A stretch of 64,000 nucleotides of DNA from an uncultured Bacteroidota bacterium (GTDB lineage Bacteria; Bacteroidota; Bacteroidia; NS11-12g; UBA9320). Within the stretch, counting starts at the first letter, position 1; each line of letters begins with the position of its first letter. The notes below the pieces were generated by a model, which was not told the origin of the DNA, did not search any database, and saw nothing but the letters and a program-made list of their open reading frames with translations. Of this stretch, positions 27,958 to 37,126 are shown piece after piece. Where the stretch lies: NCBI GenBank assembly GCA_913050005.1, contig CAJXBI010000005.1, positions 44 through 64,043 on the forward strand, given 5' to 3'. The translations under genes were made by a program, and so were the position numbers.

Positions 27958-29238
27958 TTACTTCTTTATCAAGATAAACTTATTCTTTTTGCCACGCTGT
28001 AGAAGAATATACTTATCGTTAATCAAATCAGTATTTGAAAAATTAAAATCTTCTGTGACTTTCTCACTATTTACAGAAACTGAGTTTTCATTTAAAGCAC
28101 GTTTTGCCTCACTCTTACTTGCTAAAAAACCCGACTCAGCACACAATTCTACAATATTAACTCCTTGAATTTCAGATATTTGATATTTTTTTACACCTTC
28201 AAATATAGAAAAAAAGTCATCTTCACTTATATTACGTAAACTTTCAGAAGTAGCCTTACCAAAAAGAATATTAGAAGCCGCAATTGCGGTATTGTATCCA
28301 GACTCACCATGTACCCATTTCGTTATATATGCCGATAGATCTTTTTGTAACAGTCTCATGTGTGGAGCATTACTGTGCTCTTTGATCAAATCATCTATAT
28401 ATGCTTTGTCATGAAGCGTAAAAATCTTAATATATCGTTCAGCATCCTCATCTGAAGTGTTCATCCAAAATTGGTAAAATTGGTAAGGGCTCGTTTTCTT
28501 TGCATCGAGCCATACATTACCGCCTTCACTTTTACCAAATTTGCTTCCGTCTGATTTAGTTATCAATGGAGCAGTTAATGAAAAGCCCTTACCATTTCCT
28601 TTTCTACGAATGAGTTCAGTACCCGTGACAATATTTCCCCATTGATCACTGCCGCCCATCTGAAGTTTTACGTTCTTCTCCTTCCAAAGATGATAGAAAT
28701 CATACCCTTGAACAAGTTGATAGCTAAACTCTGTAAAACTCATACCTTCCTCTAAACGATTTTTTACTGAATCTTTAGCCATCATGTAGTTTACAGAAAA
28801 ATGCTTACCTACATCTCTTATAAAATCTAAAAATGAAATATTTTTAAACCAATCGTAATTATTGACTACCTCAGCACTATTTAATCCTTTATCAAAATCT
28901 AAGAATTGCTCCAACTGCTTCTTTTGACTCTCAAGATTATGCTCAATTGTAGAAGAGTCTAAAAGTTGTCGTTCGGACTTTTTACCCGAAGGATCGCCTA
29001 CCATTCCAGTTGCACCTCCAACCAATGCGATGGGTTTGTGACCAGCTCTTTGAAGATGAACCAATAATATTACAGGCACCATATTACCAATGTGTAGTGA
29101 ATCTGCTGTAGGATCAAAGCCGACATATCCAGTAGTCATTTCCTCTAATAAAAGGTTTTCAGTGCCCGGAACTGCTTGGTGGAATAGTCCACGCCATTTT
29201 AATTCCTCAACTAAGTTATAATTTGGTGAAAAGTTCAT
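27958..29238 (-). CDS. tyrS: Tyrosine--tRNA ligase
   Basis: It has the HIGH-type motif (SLHIGNMV), the KMSKS-type motif (KFGKS) and a C-terminal S4-like domain. 426 aa. Confidence 0.92.
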   Translation of the reverse strand: MNFSPNYNLVEELKWRGLFHQAVPGTENLLLEEMTTGYVGFDPTADSLHIGNMVPVILLVHLQRAGHKPIALVGGATGMVGDPSGKKSERQLLDSSTIEHNLESQKKQLEQFLDFDKGLNSAEVVNNYDWFKNISFLDFIRDVGKHFSVNYMMAKDSVKNRLEEGMSFTEFSYQLVQGYDFYHLWKEKNVKLQMGGSDQWGNIVTGTELIRRKGNGKGFSLTAPLITKSDGSKFGKSEGGNVWLDAKKTSPYQFYQFWMNTSDEDAERYIKIFTLHDKAYIDDLIKEHSNAPHMRLLQKDLSAYITKWVHGESGYNTAIAASNILFGKATSESLRNISEDDFFSIFEGVKKYQISEIQGVNIVELCAESGFLASKSEAKRALNENSVSVNSEKVTEDFNFSNTDLINDKYILLQRGKKNKFILIKK

Positions 29239-29310
29239 TAACGATTTTAAAACAACAAAGGTAAAAATTTGATTGAGTGTTAAGGTACAATGTATAATTC
29301 AAAATTGATT

Positions 29311-29318
29311 TACTTTTG
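29311..29318 (+). promoter_or_regulatory. Candidate -7 box TACTTTTG upstream of polA
   Basis: It matches TAnnTTTG and lies 12 nt upstream of the ATG at 29330. No -33 TTG is present at canonical spacing. Confidence 0.25.
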
Positions 29319-29329
29319 AGCAACTTAAT

Positions 29330-32113
29330 ATGTCAACAGAAAAAAAATTATTCCTGCTGGATGCTTATGCATTAATCTTTAGAGCCTACTATGCTTTCAT
29401 TAAGAACCCCAGAATAACATCTTATGGGTTAAATACAAATGCCATATTTGGGTTTACCACTACACTCTTGGAAGTGCTTGAAAAGCATAATCCAACTCAT
29501 ATTGCAGTTTGTTTTGACCATAAATCTGAAAACATAAGAAAAAAAGAATACCCACTCTACAAAGCAAATAGAGACGAAACTCCAGAAGACATCAAAAGAT
29601 CAGAGCCATTTATACGAAAAATCATTGAATCATTTAATATTCCAATCATTGAAAAAGCAGGATATGAAGCGGACGATGTGATTGTTACTCTTGCTACGAT
29701 AGCAGAAAAAGAGGGTTTTACCACCTACATGATGACGCCCGATAAAGACTTTGGCCAAGCAGTTACTAAAAAAACGCTAATTTTTAAACCCGCTCGAAGT
29801 GGGAATGCTCCTGAAATTATGGGGCCAAAAGAAGTATGCGAAAAATTTGGGCTAAACGAAACAAAACAAATAATAGACTATCTCGGAATGATGGGCGATG
29901 CAGTAGATAATATCCCTGGGATTCCAGGGGTAGGTGCTAAAACAGCATCAAAATTATTATTGGAGTATGGTTCGATGGAAAACATGTATGAAAATACAGA
30001 TAAGATTAAAGGTAAGTTAAGAGAAAAAATAGAGGATAATAAAGACCAAGCATTTCTATCTAAACATCTCGCAAAAATCATCACCGATGTCCCCGTAGAA
30101 TTTAATGAGTCGCAATTATTAAGAAGTAAACCCAATAAAGAAGAAATCAATAAACTATTCAAAGAGTTAGAATTTCGCACATTGACTAAAAGGGTTTTTA
30201 GTGACACCATGAGTGAATTAAAAACTGTTCAAGGTGATTTATTTTCAAGTTCAAATAAAAATTTAACTGAACTAAATACCCCTATTAAAAACCATGAATT
30301 TAACACCTTGGAATCAACAAATCACGAGTATAAACTAGTTGATAATCAAGAAAAAAGAAATTTATTAATAACTGAATTAAAAGATACAAAATCATTTTGT
30401 TTTGATACTGAAACTACTTCATTGAATGAATTAGATGCAAAAGTTCTTGGCATTTCTTTTTCGTATGAAAAAGGAAGAGCTTTCTATGTGAATATGCCAG
30501 CGGATTTTGAGGAAACAAAAAGCATTTTAAATGAGTTTAAATCCATTTTCTTAAGTGAAAAAATTGAAAAAGTTGCACAAAACTTAAAATACGACTTAAA
30601 AGTATTATTGAAATATGGAATTAAAATAGCAGGGCCACAGTTTGACACTATGCTAGCTCATTACCTAGTCAATCCAGATGGACGTCATGGAATGGATATT
30701 CTTGCAGAAAAATATCTCAAATATAGACCCATAGCTATCACTAGTTTGATCGGGAAAAAAGGCAAAAATCAATTATCTTTTTCTGATGTACCCCTTGAAA
30801 AAGCCAAAGAATACGCATGTGAAGATGCCGATATTACCTTTCAACTAAAACAAAAAATCTACAAAGAATTGATGGATAAGCAATTAGCTCATTTAATGAT
30901 TCGTTTAGAAATGCCATTGGTAGCTGTTCTTTCTGATATTGAAATGGAAGGCATAAAAGTGGATGATAAATTCTTAAACAACTATTCAATCGAGCTAGAA
31001 AATATGTCTAATAAAATTGAAGAATCCATATATGAAATGTCAGGCATGGCTTTTAATATCGCTAGCCCAAAACAACTAGGAGAAGTTTTATTTGACCATT
31101 TAAAAATTGACGCTAAAGCCAAAAGAACAAAAACGGGTCAATACAAAACAGACGAGGCTACCTTGGAAAAACTCTCTGCTGATCATCAAATTGTAAGTGA
31201 CATTTTAAATTATCGAAAAATTAATAAGCTACGATCTACCTATGTGGATGCTTTGCCCAAACTCATACATCCAGAAACTGGAAGAGTCCATACTCACTTT
31301 TCTCAAGCTGTCGCAGCTACTGGTCGATTAAGTAGTACAAATCCTAACTTACAAAATATTCCAATCCGGACAGATTTGGGCAAAGAAATTAGAAAAGCTT
31401 TCGTACCTCGTGATGAGAACCATACATTACTTGCAGTAGATTACTCTCAAATAGAACTAAGGATTGTTGCCTCTATTGCAGCTGATAAAGGCATGATTGA
31501 AGCCTTTAACAATGGCATGGATATCCATACAGCAACAGCTTCAAAAGTTTTTGGTATTGACTTGGAAGATGTCACAAAAGAGCAGCGTTACAAAGCTAAA
31601 AGTGTAAACTTTGGACTTATATACGGTCAAGGAGCCTTTGGGTTAGCTCAAAATTTAAAAATATCCCGAACCGAAGCGAAGGAACTTATTGATGCCTATT
31701 TTGAACAATTTAGCGGAGTTAAAAAATATATGGAAGACACAATTAACTTTTGTAGAGAAAATGGTTTTGTAAAGACAGTTATGGGTAGAAAACGGTTTAT
31801 TCCAGACATCAATTCTAACAACCAAACAGTGGTAGGATTTGCCGAGCGAAATGCAATTAATGCCCCGATTCAAGGAAGTGCTGCAGATATGATAAAACTA
31901 GCTATGATAAACATACACCGGCGATTGTCATTTATAAAGACAGGAGCAAAAATGATACTACAAGTTCATGACGAATTGTTATTTGATGTTCCAAAAGATG
32001 AGCTTGAAAATATAAAATCAATCATAAAATACGAAATGGAAATTGCAATGCCACTTAAAGTGCCAGTTATTGCAGAAGCTGGAAATGGGAACAACTGGCT
32101 AGAAGCTCATTAA
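29330..32113 (+). CDS. polA: DNA polymerase I
   Basis: It has a 5'-3' exonuclease N-terminus (LLDAYALIFRAYYA), a 3'-5' exo-like middle region and Pol A motifs (VDYSQIELR, KAKSVNFGLIYG, QVHDELLFD). 927 aa. Confidence 0.95.
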   Translation: MSTEKKLFLLDAYALIFRAYYAFIKNPRITSYGLNTNAIFGFTTTLLEVLEKHNPTHIAVCFDHKSENIRKKEYPLYKANRDETPEDIKRSEPFIRKIIESFNIPIIEKAGYEADDVIVTLATIAEKEGFTTYMMTPDKDFGQAVTKKTLIFKPARSGNAPEIMGPKEVCEKFGLNETKQIIDYLGMMGDAVDNIPGIPGVGAKTASKLLLEYGSMENMYENTDKIKGKLREKIEDNKDQAFLSKHLAKIITDVPVEFNESQLLRSKPNKEEINKLFKELEFRTLTKRVFSDTMSELKTVQGDLFSSSNKNLTELNTPIKNHEFNTLESTNHEYKLVDNQEKRNLLITELKDTKSFCFDTETTSLNELDAKVLGISFSYEKGRAFYVNMPADFEETKSILNEFKSIFLSEKIEKVAQNLKYDLKVLLKYGIKIAGPQFDTMLAHYLVNPDGRHGMDILAEKYLKYRPIAITSLIGKKGKNQLSFSDVPLEKAKEYACEDADITFQLKQKIYKELMDKQLAHLMIRLEMPLVAVLSDIEMEGIKVDDKFLNNYSIELENMSNKIEESIYEMSGMAFNIASPKQLGEVLFDHLKIDAKAKRTKTGQYKTDEATLEKLSADHQIVSDILNYRKINKLRSTYVDALPKLIHPETGRVHTHFSQAVAATGRLSSTNPNLQNIPIRTDLGKEIRKAFVPRDENHTLLAVDYSQIELRIVASIAADKGMIEAFNNGMDIHTATASKVFGIDLEDVTKEQRYKAKSVNFGLIYGQGAFGLAQNLKISRTEAKELIDAYFEQFSGVKKYMEDTINFCRENGFVKTVMGRKRFIPDINSNNQTVVGFAERNAINAPIQGSAADMIKLAMINIHRRLSFIKTGAKMILQVHDELLFDVPKDELENIKSIIKYEMEIAMPLKVPVIAEAGNGNNWLEAH

Positions 32114-32133
32114 TAACTATTTTTGCATATAAA

Positions 32134-32877
32134 ATGGGAAAGACATACTTCGCATCTGACTTCCACCTTGGTACTCCGGATTATGCATCATCTTTAGTCC
32201 GTGAAAAAAGAATTGTACAATGGTTGACATCCATCGAATCGGATTGTGAAACACTTTTTTTAGTAGGTGATATCTTTGACTTTTGGTTTGAATATAAAAC
32301 TACAGTTCCGAAATACTTTAATCGATTATTAGGTAAACTTGCCTTAATGACAGACGCTGGTATAATCATATATTTTTTTAAAGGAAATCACGATATGTGG
32401 ACATTCAACTACCTAGAAAAAGAGATAGGTATGACTGTAATAGATAAAGAATGGATCGGTGAAATTGATGGCAAAAATTTCTTCATACATCACGGTGATG
32501 CTCTTTGGAAAGGTGAGAGAAGCTACAAATTCATCCGAAAAATTTTTAGAAGTAAGATCGCTATATGGCTATTTCATCGCTTGCACCCAAACTTTGGAGT
32601 TGGGTTTGCTCATTATTTAAGTAGAAAAAGTAGAAAGAAGAATAGCCATTTAGATCAAGTTGAAATACCGCTTGAAAAAGAATATCAAATACTATTTGCT
32701 GATGAATACTCAAAATCAAATTCCATCGATTTCTTTATTTTTGGTCACAGGCATAAACCATTAAATCATCCAATAAATGATTCTACAAAAATGATTAATC
32801 TAGGTGATTGGGTATCACATTTTACGTATGCTACATTTGAAAATCATGAAGTTAAGCTACACACTTTTAACCCTTAG
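32134..32877 (+). CDS. lpxH: UDP-2,3-diacylglucosamine diphosphatase (LpxH-type metallophosphoesterase)
   Basis: It has the metallophosphoesterase motifs SDFHLG, GDIFDFWFEY, GNHDMW and GHRH. 247 aa. Confidence 0.8.
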   Translation: MGKTYFASDFHLGTPDYASSLVREKRIVQWLTSIESDCETLFLVGDIFDFWFEYKTTVPKYFNRLLGKLALMTDAGIIIYFFKGNHDMWTFNYLEKEIGMTVIDKEWIGEIDGKNFFIHHGDALWKGERSYKFIRKIFRSKIAIWLFHRLHPNFGVGFAHYLSRKSRKKNSHLDQVEIPLEKEYQILFADEYSKSNSIDFFIFGHRHKPLNHPINDSTKMINLGDWVSHFTYATFENHEVKLHTFNP

Positions 32878-33634
32878 TTTATTTGCTTCTCTTTTTGTCA
32901 AAAGTCAAGATACATTGGCACTAAAAAACTTAAAAAATATTACCTGCTTGAGTATAGATGCAAAGGGGAATAAATACTTATCTGACGATTCTTATACACT
33001 TTACAAATTCAATGTCAGCAATAAATTAATAACCAATGTAAATAATAAGTCGTATGGAAATATAACTAGCATTGACTGCTCCAACCCATTTGAAATATAT
33101 GTATTTTATAAAGATCAAAATATCATAGTATTCTTTGACAATATGCTCAACATAAGGGGTGAAGTTAAGCTTAATGACTTCCAAATGAATAACGTATCGT
33201 GTATATCACGGTCGTATGACAACCAAATTTGGCTTGTAGATATGTCCGAGAACAAGATGTTAAAAATTAGTAAATCTGGCAAAAGACTGATTGAATCAAA
33301 TTATTTAAATTCAATCAATCAAATGCTCACTAACCCCTTCAAAATATGGGAGCAAAATGGACAAGTATATGTAGCGGATTCCACTTCCGGTATAATTGCC
33401 TTTGATATCTACGCAACCCTTGATAAAACTTACCCCATTAATACATACTCGTCGGTAACAGGGAATAGTACGCATTTTTACATTAATCAAAAAGGTTTAC
33501 TATTTCAGTATAATAAATTACTTAAAATCCCTATTAAAGTCAATCTAAAAATGCCTAAAGAAGCAAAATTGGCAATACACAACGAGAATATATTTTATTA
33601 TTTTAACAATAAAATAATTTCAATACAACCATAA
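32846..33634 (+). CDS. Hypothetical secreted protein (beta-rich, possibly propeller-like)
   Basis: Start moved to the ATG at 32846 (MKLSYTLLTLSLFASLFVKSQD, a signal peptide), because the track start at 32804 is inside lpxH. No family recognised. Confidence 0.5.
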   Translation: MKLSYTLLTLSLFASLFVKSQDTLALKNLKNITCLSIDAKGNKYLSDDSYTLYKFNVSNKLITNVNNKSYGNITSIDCSNPFEIYVFYKDQNIIVFFDNMLNIRGEVKLNDFQMNNVSCISRSYDNQIWLVDMSENKMLKISKSGKRLIESNYLNSINQMLTNPFKIWEQNGQVYVADSTSGIIAFDIYATLDKTYPINTYSSVTGNSTHFYINQKGLLFQYNKLLKIPIKVNLKMPKEAKLAIHNENIFYYFNNKIISIQP

Positions 33635-33681
33635 TTAGTTTCTGTTGATTAGACCACTCATAATAAATACATTTGCCATTC

Positions 33682-34752
33682 ATGCTTGAAACATTAGAAG
33701 GGATACATGCAAGATTTAAGGAAGTAGAGTTGCTGCTCAGTAGTCCAGAAGTAGCATCCGATATTAAGCAATTTACAAAATTAAATAAAGAGTACAGTGA
33801 TCTCAAGCTCATTGTTGAACGTTACTTTGAGTATAAAAATTTAATTGGAAATATAACGGAAGCTCACGAAATTATTGAAGATAGCGATGACCCAGAAATG
33901 AAAGAAATGGCTAGAGAAGAGCTAGAAAAACTTTCGGCCAAACAAGCTCCGTTAGAAGAGGAAATCAAAATGCTTTTGGTACCAAAAGATCCTGAGGATG
34001 ATAAAAATGCCATGGTAGAAATACGTGCAGGTACCGGTGGAGATGAGGCCAGTATTTTCGCAGGTGATTTGTTTAGGATGTATACACGTTTTTTTGATTC
34101 TCAAAGTTGGAAACACGAAATTATTGAAGCTACTGAGGGGACGTCAGGGGGGTTCAAGGAAATTATTTTAAAAGTAGAAGGAAACGAAATTTTTGGCACA
34201 CTAAAATTTGAAGCAGGCGTTCATCGAGTACAGAGGGTTCCCGAAACAGAAACACAAGGTAGAGTTCATACATCCGCAGCCACTGTTGCTGTTTTGCCAG
34301 AAGTTGAAGAAATCGATTTAAAAATAAATCCTGCCGATATTTCGCTCCAAACGTCCAGATCAGGAGGTGCTGGCGGTCAAAATGTAAATAAAGTTGAAAC
34401 AAAAGTTCAACTAACCCACAAACCTTCAGGAATTGTGGTAGTCTGTTCTCAAGCTAGGTCTCAGCTTGCTAATAGAGAAATTGCGATGGATATGCTTCGA
34501 GCTAAGCTCTATGATTTGGAACTTGTCAAACGAAACGGTGACATAGCTGCCCAAAGAAAAACTATGGTGTCAAGTGGTGATAGAAGTGCAAAAATTCGCA
34601 CATACAACTACCCTCAGGGAAGAGTCACAGATCATCGTATAAACCTCACGCTTTACAACCTAAATAGCGTAATGAACGGAGACATTAGCGAGATAATTGA
34701 ATCTTTAAAATTAGCAGAAAACACAGAAAAACTTAAAGTAGGGCAAATTTAA
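33682..34752 (+). CDS. prfA: Peptide chain release factor 1
   Basis: It has the GGQ motif ([11 protein letters not shown]) and an RF1-type recognition loop ([14 protein letters not shown]). I prefer the ATG at 33682 (MLETLEGI...) over the track's TTG at 33673. Confidence 0.92.
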   Translation: MLETLEGIHARFKEVELLLSSPEVASDIKQFTKLNKEYSDLKLIVERYFEYKNLIGNITEAHEIIEDSDDPEMKEMAREELEKLSAKQAPLEEEIKMLLVPKDPEDDKNAMVEIRAGTGGDEASIFAGDLFRMYTRFFDSQSWKHEIIEATEGTSGGFKEIILKVEGNEIFGTLKFEAGVHRVQRVPETETQGRVHTSAATVAVLPEVEEIDLKINPADISLQTSRSGGAGGQNVNKVETKVQLTHKPSGIVVVCSQARSQLANREIAMDMLRAKLYDLELVKRNGDIAAQRKTMVSSGDRSAKIRTYNYPQGRVTDHRINLTLYNLNSVMNGDISEIIESLKLAENTEKLKVGQI

Positions 34753-34809
34753 TTTTTATAAATTTATTAACAAAAAGGTCTAATTTTAGCTATTTATGAT
34801 GCATAATAA

Positions 34810-34817
34810 TAATTTTG
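34810..34817 (+). promoter_or_regulatory. Candidate -7 box TAATTTTG upstream of the GS-III gene
   Basis: It matches TAnnTTTG and lies 20 nt upstream of the ATG at 34838. It is flanked by an imperfect 9-nt inverted repeat (tatgatgca / tgtatcata). No clean -33. Confidence 0.25.
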
Positions 34818-34837
34818 TATCATAAAATACCTAAAAA

Positions 34838-37000
34838 ATGAGATTTGAATCACTAAAAACGCTTTCCACAAGAAAAAAATTTATTATAGAAAATAAGTCA
34901 ATCTCGTTTACTGATCTTTTCAACAGCAACGTTTTTGATGATTCCGCAATGCGAGATTTCCTAAGTAGAGAAGCTTACGAATCGGTTAGTAATTCTATTA
35001 AATCTGGTATAACCATTAATAGAAAAATGGCAGAACATGTAGCTTCAGGAATGAAAAGATGGGCATTAAGTAAAGGTGCAACACACTACACACACTGGTT
35101 CCAACCTCTTACTGGCTCTACTGCTGAGAAGCATGATTCTTTTTTTGAACCCGAAAATGGTAAAGCCGTTGAAAAATTCACTGCTGGAGCACTAGTTCAA
35201 CAAGAGCCTGACGCATCCAGTCTACCAAGTGGAGGACTCAGAAATACATTTGAAGCCAGAGGATATACGGCATGGGACCCTTCATCACCTGCATTTATAT
35301 ATGAAAATACTGCTGGTAAAACACTTTGCATACCAACTGTATTTGTTTCATACAACGGCGAGGCACTGGATTATAAAACTCCATTGCTGAAATCGCTTAA
35401 CTTAGTTAATAAAGCTGCAACCGATATATGTAAATATTTTTTGAAAAAAGTTTCTTCTTGTGCCGCTTCTTTAGGTATAGAACAAGAATACTTTTTAGTG
35501 GATGAGGCTATGTACCAAGCAAGACCAGATTTAGTAATGTGTGGCAGAACACTGGTTGGACATGCACCTGCAAAAGGTCAACAAATGGATGATCATTACT
35601 TTGGCTCTATTCCAGACCGAGTTTTTAATTACATGTATGATTTGGAATTGGAAGCCGCTAAAATTGGAATTCCCTTAAAAACTAGACATAATGAGGTTGC
35701 TCCAGGGCAATACGAATGTGCCCCAATGTTTGAAGATGTAAATCTTGCAGTGGACCACAACCAACTATTAATGGATTTAATGGATGAAGTTGCAAAACGA
35801 CACCACTTTAGAGTATTACTTCACGAAAAACCTTTTGCTGGAGTTAATGGGTCAGGTAAACACAACAATTGGTCACTAATTACCAACACAGGAGTAAACT
35901 TACTTTCACCTGGATCCGATCCAAATTCAAATTTACTTTTTCTCACTATCTTCATAAACACCATTAAAGCACTTAATGACAATTCTGATATTATTAGAGC
36001 AAGCATTGCATCTGCATCCAATGACCACAGATTAGGGGCAAATGAGGCACCTCCAGCAATTATTTCTGCATTTATTGGATCAAAGCTAACACAGGTATTA
36101 AATGCATTTCTTGAAGATTCAACGGCAGAAGATAGCGATGAAAAAAAATCAATCAATATTGATAAAATTCCAGAAATTTTAAGAGACAATACTGATAGAA
36201 ATCGAACATCTCCATTTGCATTTACAGGAAATAAATTTGAATTAAGAGCAGTTGGCTCTTCTACTAATTCTGCACAGCCAATGACCGCATTGAATACATC
36301 CGTAGCAAATCAACTAATTCAATTCAAAGCGAATGTTGACAAAGCTGTTGCCGAAGGAAAAGATTTAAAAAAGGTAATAGTTCTCGAACTTAAAAAAGTG
36401 TTAAAAAGCTCTCAAAATATTCTTTTTGAAGGGAATAACTACAGTAAAGAATGGGAAAAAGAGGCTAAAAAAAGAGGCCTTAGTAATATTAAAAATACGC
36501 CAGAGTCGCTCAAAGCTTATTTAAGTTCGCAAGCCAAGGAAACCTTTGTAAAAAATGGTATCTTCACTGAGAAAGAACTTCATGCTAGATATGAAATAAT
36601 GCTAGAAGATTATATAAAGAAAATCCAAATTGAAGGTAGGGTTCTTGGCGAAATAGCCTACTCTTATATTCTACCAACAGCAATTGAATATCTAACTGTG
36701 GTTGCAAATAACATTAAAGCCCTTAAAGAAGCTGGAGTGAACATTGGAAAAGCTCAGAAAGAGCTTGTCGAAACCATAGCAAACCATATTGACATGGTCA
36801 AATCTAAAACAGATAAAATGGTTGAAGCTCGAAAAAAAGCCAATACACTTGAGGACAGCGAAAAACAAGCTATATCTTACCATTTTGATGTAAAAGAATC
36901 TTTTGATGACATCCGTTATCATATCGATAAATTAGAACAATTGGTAGATGATAAAATATGGCAATTACCTAAGTATCGAGAATTGCTTTTTTTGAGATAA
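34838..37000 (+). CDS. glnN: Glutamine synthetase type III
   Basis: The 720-aa length is characteristic of GS-III. Motifs present: NEVAPGQYECAPMFE and HEKPFAGVNGSGKHNNWSL. Confidence 0.88.
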   Translation: MRFESLKTLSTRKKFIIENKSISFTDLFNSNVFDDSAMRDFLSREAYESVSNSIKSGITINRKMAEHVASGMKRWALSKGATHYTHWFQPLTGSTAEKHDSFFEPENGKAVEKFTAGALVQQEPDASSLPSGGLRNTFEARGYTAWDPSSPAFIYENTAGKTLCIPTVFVSYNGEALDYKTPLLKSLNLVNKAATDICKYFLKKVSSCAASLGIEQEYFLVDEAMYQARPDLVMCGRTLVGHAPAKGQQMDDHYFGSIPDRVFNYMYDLELEAAKIGIPLKTRHNEVAPGQYECAPMFEDVNLAVDHNQLLMDLMDEVAKRHHFRVLLHEKPFAGVNGSGKHNNWSLITNTGVNLLSPGSDPNSNLLFLTIFINTIKALNDNSDIIRASIASASNDHRLGANEAPPAIISAFIGSKLTQVLNAFLEDSTAEDSDEKKSINIDKIPEILRDNTDRNRTSPFAFTGNKFELRAVGSSTNSAQPMTALNTSVANQLIQFKANVDKAVAEGKDLKKVIVLELKKVLKSSQNILFEGNNYSKEWEKEAKKRGLSNIKNTPESLKAYLSSQAKETFVKNGIFTEKELHARYEIMLEDYIKKIQIEGRVLGEIAYSYILPTAIEYLTVVANNIKALKEAGVNIGKAQKELVETIANHIDMVKSKTDKMVEARKKANTLEDSEKQAISYHFDVKESFDDIRYHIDKLEQLVDDKIWQLPKYRELLFLR

Positions 37001-37126
37001 TCATATCGTAATAAACCTTGAATTATATCCTCCACTTCGCATCGGAGAACGTAATTCATAATTATATCTGCGTTTTTATTTGTTTTTGGACGTAGATTTT
37101 TTGATTTTTGACGTTCTTATCATAAT

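Noticed and set aside
35821-36189. 122-aa antisense ORF inside glnN, and similar antisense ORFs in polA, DUF2723, nusA and the BNR gene
   Set aside because: They lie entirely within strongly supported genes on the opposite strand. They have no motifs or signal sequences and have junk-like composition.
37021-37114. Short direct repeats upstream of the OmpA-family gene: AATTATATC x2 (37021, 37060), and TTTTTGGACGT / TTTTTGACGT (37083, 37105)
   Set aside because: The repeats are 9-11 nt in very AT-rich DNA. I cannot separate them from chance without genome-wide motif statistics.
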